Source: Minisyncoccota bacterium
GTDB taxonomy: Bacteria > Patescibacteriota > Minisyncoccia > Phycocordibacterales > SW-6-46-9
DNA: 64,000 bases
Direction: 5' to 3'
NCBI GenBank assembly: GCA_040905385.1
Contig: JBBDRP010000002.1
Location: 85,337-149,336, forward strand
The notes beneath the pieces are model-generated. The model was not told the origin of the DNA and made no database searches. It worked only from the letters and a program-made list of their open reading frames with translations. This document shows, one piece after another, positions 47,763 through 57,901 of this stretch. Position 1 is the stretch's first letter. Each line of letters opens with the position of its first letter. Made by a program: the position numbers and the translations under genes.

Positions 47763-50700
47763 ATGAATCCAGATAAATCAAAAATACAGAATCAACCCCC
47801 AGAAGTTATGAACCCTCCTATTGACGAGCGAGAGAGAGGTATGAATAATATGAGGAATAACATTGAAAGAAGAGAAAGGGTGCGTGAAGGTCTGGAAGAT
47901 ATAGGAGAGCTTTCTGAAGAAATCAAGCGGCTTGCAGATGAGGTTAATGAAGCTGATAAAATTATCATCAAAGAAGGTATACCATCAATCCGGAAGGCCG
48001 ATAATACGGAGTGGAAGTTCGAGATTGATAAAGAGGTGGTAGATAAAGATTCACCAGAAGCTACACCTGAGCCTAAGGAGGAACGTGATCAGGGGAAGTC
48101 GAAAGATAATCAGGAAACCGTTGATGCTGAGTCATCCGAAGGCCAGAAAGAAGAGCAAGTATATGAAAATCACCCAGAGGAAGAGGAAGTGGAGGTAGTG
48201 GCTTCACCAGATTCAGAAAAAACAGAAGCCGAGTTAGGAGATACAGAGAAAGAATCCCAACCAGAGCAGCCGAAAAAGCCAGTGACGCTAAGAAATGAAG
48301 TGGAAGCCAATCCAAAAAAGGAGTATGGAGACTTTGATCGCCTTAAAGTGGCCGAGATGCTCCGTGACGGTGCGTCAGACGAGGAAATCTGGCAGGCTTC
48401 CAAGGAGCACGGCTTCTTCTTTAAATTCGATGGCTCCAGCTATTACTTAGGTGATAACGATAAGTGGCGACATCGTAGTGCAGAAGGAAATACGCACACT
48501 AATATAGAAGAGGAAGAAGAAGCTAAAGAAAAAGTACTAAATGAACTTGACAAGTACCGCCAGATGGAAGACTGGTTCGGTAGCTACGAGGATGCGTTTG
48601 TTGCTGCTAATGCATTATATGTTAATGAGATACCCCAAAATAAGACAGACTTACTGAATAAAATGGGGCAGATTTCAGCATCATGGGAGGATATCAAGAA
48701 AGATAATAAAGATATTCGCGAGCTGGTAGCGTCAGCTTTGGGTACACCCGATGATCAGATGGCTGAAAATATTAATACAAATGATGAGAATTTATCAGAT
48801 AAAAAAGATAACATTAAAAAAGATAACATGAGCCCAGAAAAATCAGGTGTACCTAAGGATCAGGAGAGAGAGGATGTGAAACGCCCCGAGGACTCAGCAG
48901 CAGAAACTCCTGAAAATCAAGAATCAACCGAGGGAATTAAGGAGGGAGATCTTGTTCGATATTTAGACGATGGCGGAAGCAAAGTGAAGGAAGCTGTACG
49001 AGTTACAGACACAAAAGTCGAAGATGGTAAAACCTTCATTTCGTTTGATGGCGGGAAAAAATATTATCAGTTTGCCGAGTATGCCGATGATCCAAACAGT
49101 GGACTAAATAAAATCTATTCGGAATCAAATGAAGAAGAGGCTGAAAATTCAACTGAAGATCGAAAATCTGCGGAGGGAATTAAGGCAGGTGATAAGGTTC
49201 ATTGGAAGAATCATCTCGGTGAGAGGAGTGGTGAAAAAATTGTGGCCGAAATCAAGGGATCGGGTGAGGATGCCATGGTCTTCTTCGAAGACGACAGTCG
49301 TGGGTATCCAATCAGTGAAGTTTATCCAGTCGATAATGAGAAGACTGAAGAATCAGATATCGTGCCGGATGCAGAAAATGCTACTCAGGAGGAAGTAGAA
49401 AGTAATGAAGTACTTAGTAAGTTCGAATCTCGCTTTGGTATCTCTACTGAGGCACTTGAAAGTATTGATGGCTTTCCTCAGGGTAAAGCAGAGCAGCGGT
49501 GGATCCTAGAAAATCTTACGCAGCTGACAATGGGAATGATTGAGTCTGAGGGAGAAAAACGTCGTGAGAAAGCGCTTGATGCCAGTATTCCGGATGAGTG
49601 GAAATCGGATGCTGGTGGTCGGTTAAAAAACTTTTTCAATAAAGTAAAAATAGGATTTACAAAACTTCAAGAAGGAGTGGAAACGAAAAATCACACTGTC
49701 TCATTTAAGCAGCAAATTTTAGAAGAGATAGAAAATGGTGGAATTAAAGAACATGGCTCCACTATAAAAGAGCTCATAAATAGTCTGAACGAGTCTGACT
49801 TTGGTGTAAAAATTAATGAAGAAACAGATGAGCTCGAGTATGATTTTGTTTCGATGCCAGAAGCTGCTACTGAAGCCCAAGCGGAAGTAATTCAAAATTA
49901 CAATGAAGTTGCTACCAAGATGGCTAATACGCCGCGAGAATGGCAGTATGACTCCGCTACTAAATCACAACGAAAGCAGTATGAGGGGGCCAAAGCTGAT
50001 TACGATGAGGCTCGCAAAGAGCTAGCCACGTTAAAGCTTGATCATGGCGAATTAAAAGGTGACGATCTAGCAGTAGCTCAGTACCTCAATGAAAAAGACT
50101 TTGGAGTAGAGATGAATCAGCTGCTTAATACCAATCCAGAGCTGGGTGAAGAGATTGAAGATATTAGCAATCAGTCGGTGTGGTGGCAAACAATTAAAGG
50201 CGGATTCAACCAAAAGAATGCCGTAAATGCCTTGATTGGTGTTGGTGGTGCTGCTACTCGCTGGGCAACTGCTAGCGCAACCTTTGGTATAGGAGCTGTT
50301 GCTTCTGGTGCTGCTGTCGGATCCTTGCGCGGGAAGCTTGAAGCCGGGCGAAAAATACGCCAAAAAGAAAAAGATGCTCGTTACGGCGGTATTGACAATA
50401 TTCCCGGAATTGAAGATCTGACCACGGTTCGTGATCAAATTACTGCCACTGAAGAAGAAATCGCTGCTACTGATGATGATAAGCAGGTAGCAGTGCTTAA
50501 AGAGAGACGTAGAGAATTGCTAGAAAAACGCGACGAGCTTGTACAGAGAAAAGATATCAGGCAGAAGTTGTACGAAGCTGGCGCGATTGTTAACGCCGGT
50601 GATCTGATTGAGAAACTTGAGCGTGATATTAGTTTGGTTGAGGATTCTGATCCAGAATCAAACCAGCGAGAAAATCGTCTGGGATCTCTGGATGCTCGTG

Positions 50701-52868
50701 TACAGTATGTGGTTAATAAACTGGATCAGGGGATTGTGAACTTTGGTGCAAATTCAGCTGATATCGCTTCTGCCAAGATGAACTTAATGAAGCTTCTGTC
50801 TCAGGCCGAGGTAACTACCGAAACATATGGTGATGAATGGGGGGCGAAAGTATTTGATGAGTGGGTGGAACGTGTTGATCTTAAAAATCAAGAAGAAATT
50901 GAACAGGCTCGAAAAGCATTTACTCGAAAAGAGATGGCCAAGGCTGCCGGGGTTAGTGCAGCCTTCTTTGGTACAGGTTACGGATTACGGTGGGCAGGTG
51001 AGACGTTAGGATGGTGGGGGGGAGATTCAGTAGAGATTCTAGCTGACAGCCCAGAAATATCTGAAGGCCCACCTGGGGGGCAGGTACCGGACTCAACTGT
51101 CGAAGCTAGTCCTCTTAGTCCAGCTGCGGCTGATTCAGCAGATGCGGATACGACTGGCGCAAACCCATTTGTGCCAGATCTAGAAACCGCTCCAGCTGAA
51201 AGTACATCTACTGATACGTCTAGTCTCGAAGAGATTAACTTCCCTGATGCAGATTCTACTGCGGTAGACTCAACTACTGCCGACAGTGTCAGTACAGAAG
51301 CGACCGCGCAAGAAGAAAATCCACTCGAGAGTAACCTGGAAACTGCCGCCGCAGATTCAACAAATGTTGATACAACAGAAGCATCTGAGTCAGTAGCCGC
51401 GTCAGCAGCAGCCGAGACAGATGTCAATCCCGAAGTCATCGGTGTCCGAGAGGTCGTAATCGATGAACAGGGCGAGGGCATGATCCACGCTATCGCTGAT
51501 AAGCTCGAGGATGACTTTGATCTTCCGCGTGACAAGGCGATGCGGATTGGAAATGAGATGTACATCAAGGGCGAGCAGGCAGGTGAAGATTCTGTCGAAA
51601 GAATGTACAACCTGATTGGTCGAGACGCCAGCTTCTCGCTTGATTTTGGTGACCTGACGGCCGAAGACCTCGAGGGTGAGTCGGTCGAAGACCTGGCCGA
51701 GCGCATCAATTTTAGCAATGAAAGCGTTGATTCCGACCTCAAGGAGTTTGATTTACCAAAGCAGGAATCAGCTGCCGCAGGCGCTTCTGACAGCTCAGAT
51801 AACCCTTATTATGGAGAGAAAAACCCGATCGACACCAAGGATATTGATTCAGTCACTATCAATGAAGCCAACCAACAGGCCTGGGATAAGCAGATGGATG
51901 AGTCTGGTGTCATTAGGGGCGACGATCTTCCTGAAGGGGCACGTGAAGACGCAGATATGGGGCGTGCTCCGGCTCCGGAACGAGTTGATATCGGTATTGA
52001 TAAACTAAAGGCGGCCGTAGCTGAATCTGATGTGCGAGACCAAATTTATGCCGATCTCGACCAGCGGGTAAATGCCGCTCGGATGAATCCACAAGCCTTG
52101 TCTGAAGGTATGCGTGTTTCTGATCTGGCTGCCCTCCGTGATTATATGCAGGCAAATCCCGACCAGAATCTCATAGTTTCGATTGACGCCATGCGCGAAG
52201 GTGATCGGCGCATGCTGCGAACGCTTGATTTACTTATCGAGTCCAAGGCCAATGAGCCCGGAAGTGTGCTGGAAAAAGTCGACCGCTACATCTCAACCGG
52301 TATTGGTGACATGACCATCGAAGCTGATGCAGCACCTGAATCCGTACAAACTCCAGATGAAGGAGGGGATATTGATGCGGTCCGTAAGGAGATGGAGGAG
52401 GCCGGAACACCAATTGATGAAGAGCCCGAAATTGAGGTAAGAACGTCAGCCGCGGCAGTTAGTGATGGGCTAGAGGCACTGAAAACTGAAGTTGATCAGA
52501 TTCCGTCAGATAAGCTGCAGGCAATGGCAACACACATGTCAGCGCAAGCCTACGTTGAGCCAGAGTTCATCAACGTTCCATCCGAACGACTAGAGGCACT
52601 GGAAAATTACCTTGAAGAAAATGCGACGCGTTCTACTTCAGGAATGATTCAGAAAATGAGCGAAGAATCTCCAGAAACAATTACAGCTTTTGAACGAGTG
52701 ATGAATCTGGATGACAGTGGTGACATTGTTGATCGTAAGTCATTGCGACCGGTGTATAAGATGACTCAAAAGCTGATCAGCAACCTAACCGAAGAAAATT
52801 TCCCAGGCGGTATTCCGGAGTATGCACGTGAAAGCCTTGAGGCCAGCCGATCTGCAACCCAGGCCTAA
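47763..52868 (+). CDS. giant (1701 aa) highly acidic protein with two central hydrophobic segments and coiled-coil regions
   Basis: Single uninterrupted ORF with strong codon periodicity. No signal peptide. Hydrophobic stretches at about aa 820-850 (NALIGVGGAATRWATASATFGIGAVASGAAVGSL) and about aa 1060-1085 (AAGVSAAFFGTGYGLRWAGETLGWWGG). Long D/E/T/S-rich low-complexity tracts. Confidence 0.6.
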   Translation: MNPDKSKIQNQPPEVMNPPIDERERGMNNMRNNIERRERVREGLEDIGELSEEIKRLADEVNEADKIIIKEGIPSIRKADNTEWKFEIDKEVVDKDSPEATPEPKEERDQGKSKDNQETVDAESSEGQKEEQVYENHPEEEEVEVVASPDSEKTEAELGDTEKESQPEQPKKPVTLRNEVEANPKKEYGDFDRLKVAEMLRDGASDEEIWQASKEHGFFFKFDGSSYYLGDNDKWRHRSAEGNTHTNIEEEEEAKEKVLNELDKYRQMEDWFGSYEDAFVAANALYVNEIPQNKTDLLNKMGQISASWEDIKKDNKDIRELVASALGTPDDQMAENINTNDENLSDKKDNIKKDNMSPEKSGVPKDQEREDVKRPEDSAAETPENQESTEGIKEGDLVRYLDDGGSKVKEAVRVTDTKVEDGKTFISFDGGKKYYQFAEYADDPNSGLNKIYSESNEEEAENSTEDRKSAEGIKAGDKVHWKNHLGERSGEKIVAEIKGSGEDAMVFFEDDSRGYPISEVYPVDNEKTEESDIVPDAENATQEEVESNEVLSKFESRFGISTEALESIDGFPQGKAEQRWILENLTQLTMGMIESEGEKRREKALDASIPDEWKSDAGGRLKNFFNKVKIGFTKLQEGVETKNHTVSFKQQILEEIENGGIKEHGSTIKELINSLNESDFGVKINEETDELEYDFVSMPEAATEAQAEVIQNYNEVATKMANTPREWQYDSATKSQRKQYEGAKADYDEARKELATLKLDHGELKGDDLAVAQYLNEKDFGVEMNQLLNTNPELGEEIEDISNQSVWWQTIKGGFNQKNAVNALIGVGGAATRWATASATFGIGAVASGAAVGSLRGKLEAGRKIRQKEKDARYGGIDNIPGIEDLTTVRDQITATEEEIAATDDDKQVAVLKERRRELLEKRDELVQRKDIRQKLYEAGAIVNAGDLIEKLERDISLVEDSDPESNQRENRLGSLDARVQYVVNKLDQGIVNFGANSADIASAKMNLMKLLSQAEVTTETYGDEWGAKVFDEWVERVDLKNQEEIEQARKAFTRKEMAKAAGVSAAFFGTGYGLRWAGETLGWWGGDSVEILADSPEISEGPPGGQVPDSTVEASPLSPAAADSADADTTGANPFVPDLETAPAESTSTDTSSLEEINFPDADSTAVDSTTADSVSTEATAQEENPLESNLETAAADSTNVDTTEASESVAASAAAETDVNPEVIGVREVVIDEQGEGMIHAIADKLEDDFDLPRDKAMRIGNEMYIKGEQAGEDSVERMYNLIGRDASFSLDFGDLTAEDLEGESVEDLAERINFSNESVDSDLKEFDLPKQESAAAGASDSSDNPYYGEKNPIDTKDIDSVTINEANQQAWDKQMDESGVIRGDDLPEGAREDADMGRAPAPERVDIGIDKLKAAVAESDVRDQIYADLDQRVNAARMNPQALSEGMRVSDLAALRDYMQANPDQNLIVSIDAMREGDRRMLRTLDLLIESKANEPGSVLEKVDRYISTGIGDMTIEADAAPESVQTPDEGGDIDAVRKEMEEAGTPIDEEPEIEVRTSAAAVSDGLEALKTEVDQIPSDKLQAMATHMSAQAYVEPEFINVPSERLEALENYLEENATRSTSGMIQKMSEESPETITAFERVMNLDDSGDIVDRKSLRPVYKMTQKLISNLTEENFPGGIPEYARESLEASRSATQA

Positions 52869-52894
52869 GAGTCATATAGTTCTTTTATCTTTAT

Positions 52895-55669
52895 ATGCAG
52901 CAGACTACAAGAGAAAAACTAGCTCATAATCTTGCTTCACCCGAGGAGGAGATTTCACATCTTCGCCAGGAGATTCACGCTCGTCACGCCGAGGCTGGTC
53001 ATGCCTCACCAGAGGCAGCGGCTGAGCATTCTGCTGAGTCTGCTGCCCAGATGGAGCGAGAGGTAGTGCGCGAGTACGCTGACGGTGAAGACAAGCAAAC
53101 CCTGTCTCCGGAGTATCGGATGGGTGACCAGCAGGCCGAGGAGATTGTGCTGGATCTGAAGCCAGAAGCCCATGACAAGCAAATGGACGAACTTCTTGGA
53201 ATCATGGCCGAGGAGGGGCTTAAAAACACTTTGCGTATTGTGCGGGATCTCGATGATCCACATCTTGAAGATGACTTTCATCGCATTCTTATTCAGTACG
53301 TAAAGGAGGGGTATCCGCTCGACGGCGTCAAGGAAGGCACACCCCGTTTCAAGGCGCTGCATCGACGACTGTTCGAGGTAGTGCTCACCGCCGAGGATGA
53401 AGACGAGAAGGAGCGCGACATCCGCGAGCTCATCTCGGCTACAGAGCAGTTTTATGCCGGAATTCTTTCGCTTAGTAATCAGGGAAAACCAGGTGATTTC
53501 ACGATCTCAATCGAGGTGGCGGTTGAGCACTCCAGTGAGCAGGTTAGCTTCTATCTGTCGCTTCCGGATGTCCGAGCTGATATGTTCGAGAAACAGCTTC
53601 TGTCATTGTTCCCAAATGCGGTCGTTCGGGAAACCGAAGATGACTACAACATCTTCAATCACGACGGCGTATCTGTTGGCTCTCGAGCCCAGGCAGACAA
53701 TCGCAGTATATTTCCGCTAAAAACATATGATGACTTCAATCATGATTCGCTAAATGTATTGTTGAATGCGTTCTCAAAGCTAGAGCGTGAAGGGGAGGGG
53801 GCAGCTGCACAGATTATTCTTCAGCCGGCCGGTGATACGTACTACAAAAAGTACACCAAAGCCATCGAGGCCATAGAGGATGGCGAGAATCTTTCCGAAG
53901 CAATAAATGTCAGCCCGACCTTTCTTGATCAGGCCTGGGGTACCGCCAAGGATTTTTTTGGTACGAAAAAGAAAAAAGATGAAGAGGAAGAGTTTTCTGG
54001 TCTCGGCCAGCGTGAGCAGGATGCGATCGAGCGAATTCAGGAGAAAACCGACTCACCAATCCATCGCACTAATATTCGTCTGGTTAGCTCGGCCAACTCT
54101 CGTTCCCGAGCTGAAAAGATTTTGTTTGATCTCGAGTCAGCCTTTAGCCAGTTTTCTGAGCCGCATGGCAACAGTCTCTCCTTCAAGCGAGTAAAGGAGA
54201 AGTATTACGGCAGCTTCTTTCATCAGTACGTTTTTCGCCTGTTTGATAAATCCTACTTGCTGCCGCTAAACATAAAGGAGCTAACCTCATTGGTGCACTT
54301 CCCGGTGCGAGATCTCGATGATTCCCGAGAGCTCAAGCAGGGCAAATCTGCCTCGGCTCCGCCACCTCTGGACATCCCAGAATCAGGCCTACTACTAGGC
54401 GTAAATAAGTATCGTGGAAATGACACGGATATCTACCTAACGGAAAAAGATCGCATGCGTCATTTTTACGCTATCGGCCAGACCGGTACCGGTAAAACGA
54501 CACTGTTGCAGAACATGATCGCGCAGGATATTCAGGAGGGCCGTGGCTGCTGCTTCATCGACCCACACGGTGATGTTATCAATGATCTGCTTGCCGTAGT
54601 TCCTCCAGAGCGATTTAAGGATGTTATCTACTTTGACCCGGCGCATACGGCGCGACCAATGGGGCTAAACATGCTCGAGTACAATACTGATTACCCCGAG
54701 CAGAAGACATTTGTGGTCAACGAGATGCTGTCGATTTTCAGCAAACTTTTTGATATGCAGGCCACTGGTGGTCCGATGTTCGAGCAGTACTTTCGCAACG
54801 CTACCATGCTGGTACTTGAGGATCCTTCCACGGGCTCAACGCTACTGGAGATTTCACGCGTGCTGGCTGACAAGGACTTTCGCGACCGTAAGCTGTCAAA
54901 CTCCAATAACCCGATCGTAAATCAGTTTTGGCGCGAGGTGGCCGGTAAGGCTGGTGGGGAGGCCAGTTTGGAAAATATTGTGCCGTACATCACCTCAAAG
55001 TTTGATAACTTTCTTTCAAATGAGATTATGCGGCCAATTATTGCTCAACAGGAGTCCAGCTTCAACTTCCGCCAGGTGATGGACGAGGAAAAGATCCTGC
55101 TGGTAAACCTCTCAAAGGGGCGGCTGGGAGATCTGAATGCTAATCTACTTGGCTTGATTCTGGTAGGCAAGATTCTGATGTCAGCCCTCAGTCGGGTGGA
55201 TATTCCAGCTTCGAAGCGCAAGCCGTTCTATCTCTATATGGATGAGTTTCAGAACATTGCCACCGACTCAATCGCTACCATTCTTTCCGAGGCTCGAAAA
55301 TACCAGCTATCCCTGAATGTCGTGCATCAGTACATCGACCAGCTGCAGGACAGCATTCGCGATGCGGTGTTTGGAAACGTTGGTTCTATGGCAGCCTACC
55401 GTGTTAGCTCCAAAGACGCCGAGGTGCTATCAGAAATGTACGCGCCCGTTTTCTCTCAGCGGGATATTATGAATGTCGACAATTACAACTACTTTGCCAA
55501 GATTCTGGCGGATGGTCAGCCAGTCAAGCCATTTTCCGTCAGCGCGCTGCCGCCAACAGAAGGGAACACGGGGCAGGTCGAGAAACTGAAAAAGATCTCT
55601 TATCTCAAGTACGGCCGTGACCGCAAGAAGGTCGAGAAAGAAATTATGGAGAAGTATAAAAACCTCTAA
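52895..55669 (+). CDS. P-loop ATPase of the type IV secretion coupling-protein / VirB4-like superfamily (TraG/VirD4/TraD-like), with no N-terminal membrane anchor
   Basis: Walker A YAIGQTGTGKTTLL, then CFIDPHGD (the DPxGE-type motif of T4SS ATPases) and FDP..TARPMGLNMLE (NPL-like). Walker B LYMDEFQNIA. The N-terminal 470 aa are hydrophilic and unassigned. Confidence 0.55.
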   Translation: MQQTTREKLAHNLASPEEEISHLRQEIHARHAEAGHASPEAAAEHSAESAAQMEREVVREYADGEDKQTLSPEYRMGDQQAEEIVLDLKPEAHDKQMDELLGIMAEEGLKNTLRIVRDLDDPHLEDDFHRILIQYVKEGYPLDGVKEGTPRFKALHRRLFEVVLTAEDEDEKERDIRELISATEQFYAGILSLSNQGKPGDFTISIEVAVEHSSEQVSFYLSLPDVRADMFEKQLLSLFPNAVVRETEDDYNIFNHDGVSVGSRAQADNRSIFPLKTYDDFNHDSLNVLLNAFSKLEREGEGAAAQIILQPAGDTYYKKYTKAIEAIEDGENLSEAINVSPTFLDQAWGTAKDFFGTKKKKDEEEEFSGLGQREQDAIERIQEKTDSPIHRTNIRLVSSANSRSRAEKILFDLESAFSQFSEPHGNSLSFKRVKEKYYGSFFHQYVFRLFDKSYLLPLNIKELTSLVHFPVRDLDDSRELKQGKSASAPPPLDIPESGLLLGVNKYRGNDTDIYLTEKDRMRHFYAIGQTGTGKTTLLQNMIAQDIQEGRGCCFIDPHGDVINDLLAVVPPERFKDVIYFDPAHTARPMGLNMLEYNTDYPEQKTFVVNEMLSIFSKLFDMQATGGPMFEQYFRNATMLVLEDPSTGSTLLEISRVLADKDFRDRKLSNSNNPIVNQFWREVAGKAGGEASLENIVPYITSKFDNFLSNEIMRPIIAQQESSFNFRQVMDEEKILLVNLSKGRLGDLNANLLGLILVGKILMSALSRVDIPASKRKPFYLYMDEFQNIATDSIATILSEARKYQLSLNVVHQYIDQLQDSIRDAVFGNVGSMAAYRVSSKDAEVLSEMYAPVFSQRDIMNVDNYNYFAKILADGQPVKPFSVSALPPTEGNTGQVEKLKKISYLKYGRDRKKVEKEIMEKYKNL

Positions 55670-55739
55670 ACCACTACGCCGGAAGAAGTATTTTTGATAC
55701 GATGTACCCGCTTAATAAAGAATAATTAATACGATATAT

Positions 55740-56345
55740 ATGACGCATTTTAAGGAAGAACGAACACTGGTAATCATCAAGCCTGACGGTGTGCAGCGCT
55801 CACTGATTGGTGAGATTATCAAGCGCTTCGAGCGTGTTGGTCTCAAGCTGGCTGCACTGAACTTCACAGTCCCTGAGCCAGACCTGGTTGAAAAGCATTA
55901 CCTGCTTGACCCCAACTGGAAGCGGATTGTCGGCGAGAAGGCGATCGAGTCGTACGAGAAAAATGGCGAGACACCGCCGTCTGATGACCCCGAAGAGCTT
56001 GGTGAGAAGGTCTTGACCGGACTGAAGAAGTACATGAGCTCTGGTCCGGTAGTGGTGATGTGCTGGAAGGGGGCGCACGCTGTAAAGCTGGTGCGTAAAC
56101 TGGTGGGTGGCACCGAGCCACTATCATCAGATGTTGGTACCATTCGCGGTGATTTCGTGCTTGATTCCTACAAGATGTCTGACACTGACGGCCGTTCTGT
56201 ACGTAATCTGATTCACGCCTCTGGCTCGGTAGAGGAAGCCAAGCAGGAGATCGAGCTCTGGCTATCAGAGGACGACATTGTTGATTACCAACTGGTGCAG
56301 GAGAAGATTCTTTACGACATAAACCTCGACGGAATTCTCGAGTAA
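55740..56345 (+). CDS. ndk: nucleoside diphosphate kinase, extended form
   Basis: ERTLVIIKPDGVQRSLIGEIIKRFE..G.K..A, HASGS motif. 201 aa. Confidence 0.8.
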   Translation: MTHFKEERTLVIIKPDGVQRSLIGEIIKRFERVGLKLAALNFTVPEPDLVEKHYLLDPNWKRIVGEKAIESYEKNGETPPSDDPEELGEKVLTGLKKYMSSGPVVVMCWKGAHAVKLVRKLVGGTEPLSSDVGTIRGDFVLDSYKMSDTDGRSVRNLIHASGSVEEAKQEIELWLSEDDIVDYQLVQEKILYDINLDGILE

Positions 56346-56689
56346 TGACGCGTCTTAAAATGTCGCCAGTTGCAGGGTTGATCGAATCCGCCTTTTTGAC
56401 GAGGTGTCAAGATGTATATCTATCGGCTTCTCCGCTTGCGTACGAGGCTATTTCTGGCGTACAATAACTACTGAGGCCATTCAACGAAACGAGTCCTCAT
56501 TTATGACACAAGGGAGCCTTACATCGGGTAGACGTGCTGATTCGTTCAGACGTTTACTGCCAAAAATACGGCCGCAAAGATTCCACTCTTTGTCACTGCG
56601 GGCACCCACTTGGAAAATTCGTGGTCTGGTTTCCCCGATGGTCTCACAAAAGAGTGTCTCCGCATACAGGAGGCATTTTTTTATTTTAT

Positions 56690-57151
56690 ATGCGTACTAA
56701 AATTACAATAATAACCTCATTACTAGCAGCAGTTTTGCTGGTCATTGTGCATAATTTGGCTCTTAGTCAAAGCTGGTACTTTCTGTATCCAGATATAGAT
56801 ATCCCTATTCATATTATTGGCGGCTTCTCTATTGGCCTGCTTACGTATGCCATTATGGTGAAAGGAATCACATCCAACCATGGCAACTACGTTAACTCAT
56901 CACAATTCTGGGATCTCTACGTCATTGTCTTCGGTACTCTATTAGTAAGTATTATTTGGGAACTCCTAGAACTATTATTTTATTTAACCAATGATGCTGG
57001 ACTCAGCCAGGAGACACTGTCCGACATTATCTTTGGGGTAGTAGGATCTTTTATTGCCTGGCAATTTATTCAGCTTCTCCCAGCAGATAGAGATTTGGAT
57101 GCGGATAAAAAAATCCCCCACCAAAGGGGCGAGGGAGGAAGAGGGAACTAA
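56690..57151 (+). CDS. hypothetical membrane protein
   Basis: 153 aa with 4 TM helices. Start chosen at MRTKITI. The upstream 340 bp lack convincing coding potential. Confidence 0.45.
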   Translation: MRTKITIITSLLAAVLLVIVHNLALSQSWYFLYPDIDIPIHIIGGFSIGLLTYAIMVKGITSNHGNYVNSSQFWDLYVIVFGTLLVSIIWELLELLFYLTNDAGLSQETLSDIIFGVVGSFIAWQFIQLLPADRDLDADKKIPHQRGEGGRGN

Positions 57152-57159
57152 CGTTTTCC

Positions 57160-57504
57160 TTATACAACCGACTTTACAACAGCAGTAAAGGCCTCTGGCT
57201 GCTCCTTTGCTAGTCCGGCCAGTGTTTTGCGATCAAGCTCAACCTCACCTTCCTTGAGTAGTTTGATGAAACGAGAGTAAGAGATGTCGTGCCCTTTGAG
57301 ACCAGCGCTGATGACAATCTGCCACTGTCGGCGCATATCACCCTTCTTTCGCTTGCGGTGCTTGTAGGCGTTTCGTCCAGCATGTGTCAGCGCCTCCTTG
57401 GCACTACGCTTGTGTGATTTCTGCCGTCCACGATATCCCTTCGTCTTTTTCAAGACATTTTTTCGCTTCTGGGTTTTATTTTTACCTCGTTTAACTCGTG
57501 CCAT
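57160..57504 (-). CDS. rplT: 50S ribosomal protein L20
   Basis: MARVKRG...R.K.....KG..G.....R.A......A..Y..RDR...KR..R.LWI.RI.A. Confidence 0.9.
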   Translation of the reverse strand: MARVKRGKNKTQKRKNVLKKTKGYRGRQKSHKRSAKEALTHAGRNAYKHRKRKKGDMRRQWQIVISAGLKGHDISYSRFIKLLKEGEVELDRKTLAGLAKEQPEAFTAVVKSVV

Positions 57505-57542
57505 ATAGATTAATTACTTACTTGTAATAATACGTAAAATGA

Positions 57543-57737
57543 TTAGGATTCGTGTGGTAGGAAGCGAGACTTATCACTCTGCTTCAACTTGAAGTCTAGC
57601 TGTCGACGTCGTTTGTGCTTTTTCTCACCAGGTTCCTTCGCATTGAAGTGGTTTTTTCCAGCACGACGAGACTTCACCTTTTTATTTTTGGTGATCTTCA
57701 GTCGCTTCTTAAATGATTTGTTAGTCTTTTTAGACAT
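57543..57737 (-). CDS. rpmI: 50S ribosomal protein L35
   Basis: 64 aa, strongly basic. K...S..KR.K.T..GK. Confidence 0.8.
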   Translation of the reverse strand: MSKKTNKSFKKRLKITKNKKVKSRRAGKNHFNAKEPGEKKHKRRRQLDFKLKQSDKSRFLPHES

Positions 57738-57901
57738 GGTAGGTGATTTCTTTACGTTTCACCCTTCGTAGCCTTGTGCGAAGAAGGGTAGGTCTTTTTT
57801 GATATAGTGGTTGAATTCTTTACTGGTTCGTATTGAGCGAAAATTTATTTTCGCAACCTTTGGCAACTTATCTGTGCCTCCACAAAAGCCGGGTGCGAAC
57901 G

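Noticed and set aside
50978-51742. 254-aa minus-strand ORF, with similar antisense ORFs at 31342-31878, 19819-20337 and 5277-5675
   Set aside because: They lie opposite long, well-supported + strand genes (the giant protein, tuf, the membrane protein and ruvX). Their composition is typical of antisense frames, S/A/R-rich.
56404-56700. 98-aa ORF in the ndk downstream region
   Set aside because: It is rich in C/R/W/S codons, with no SD and no periodicity typical of neighbouring genes. The region is more likely non-coding.
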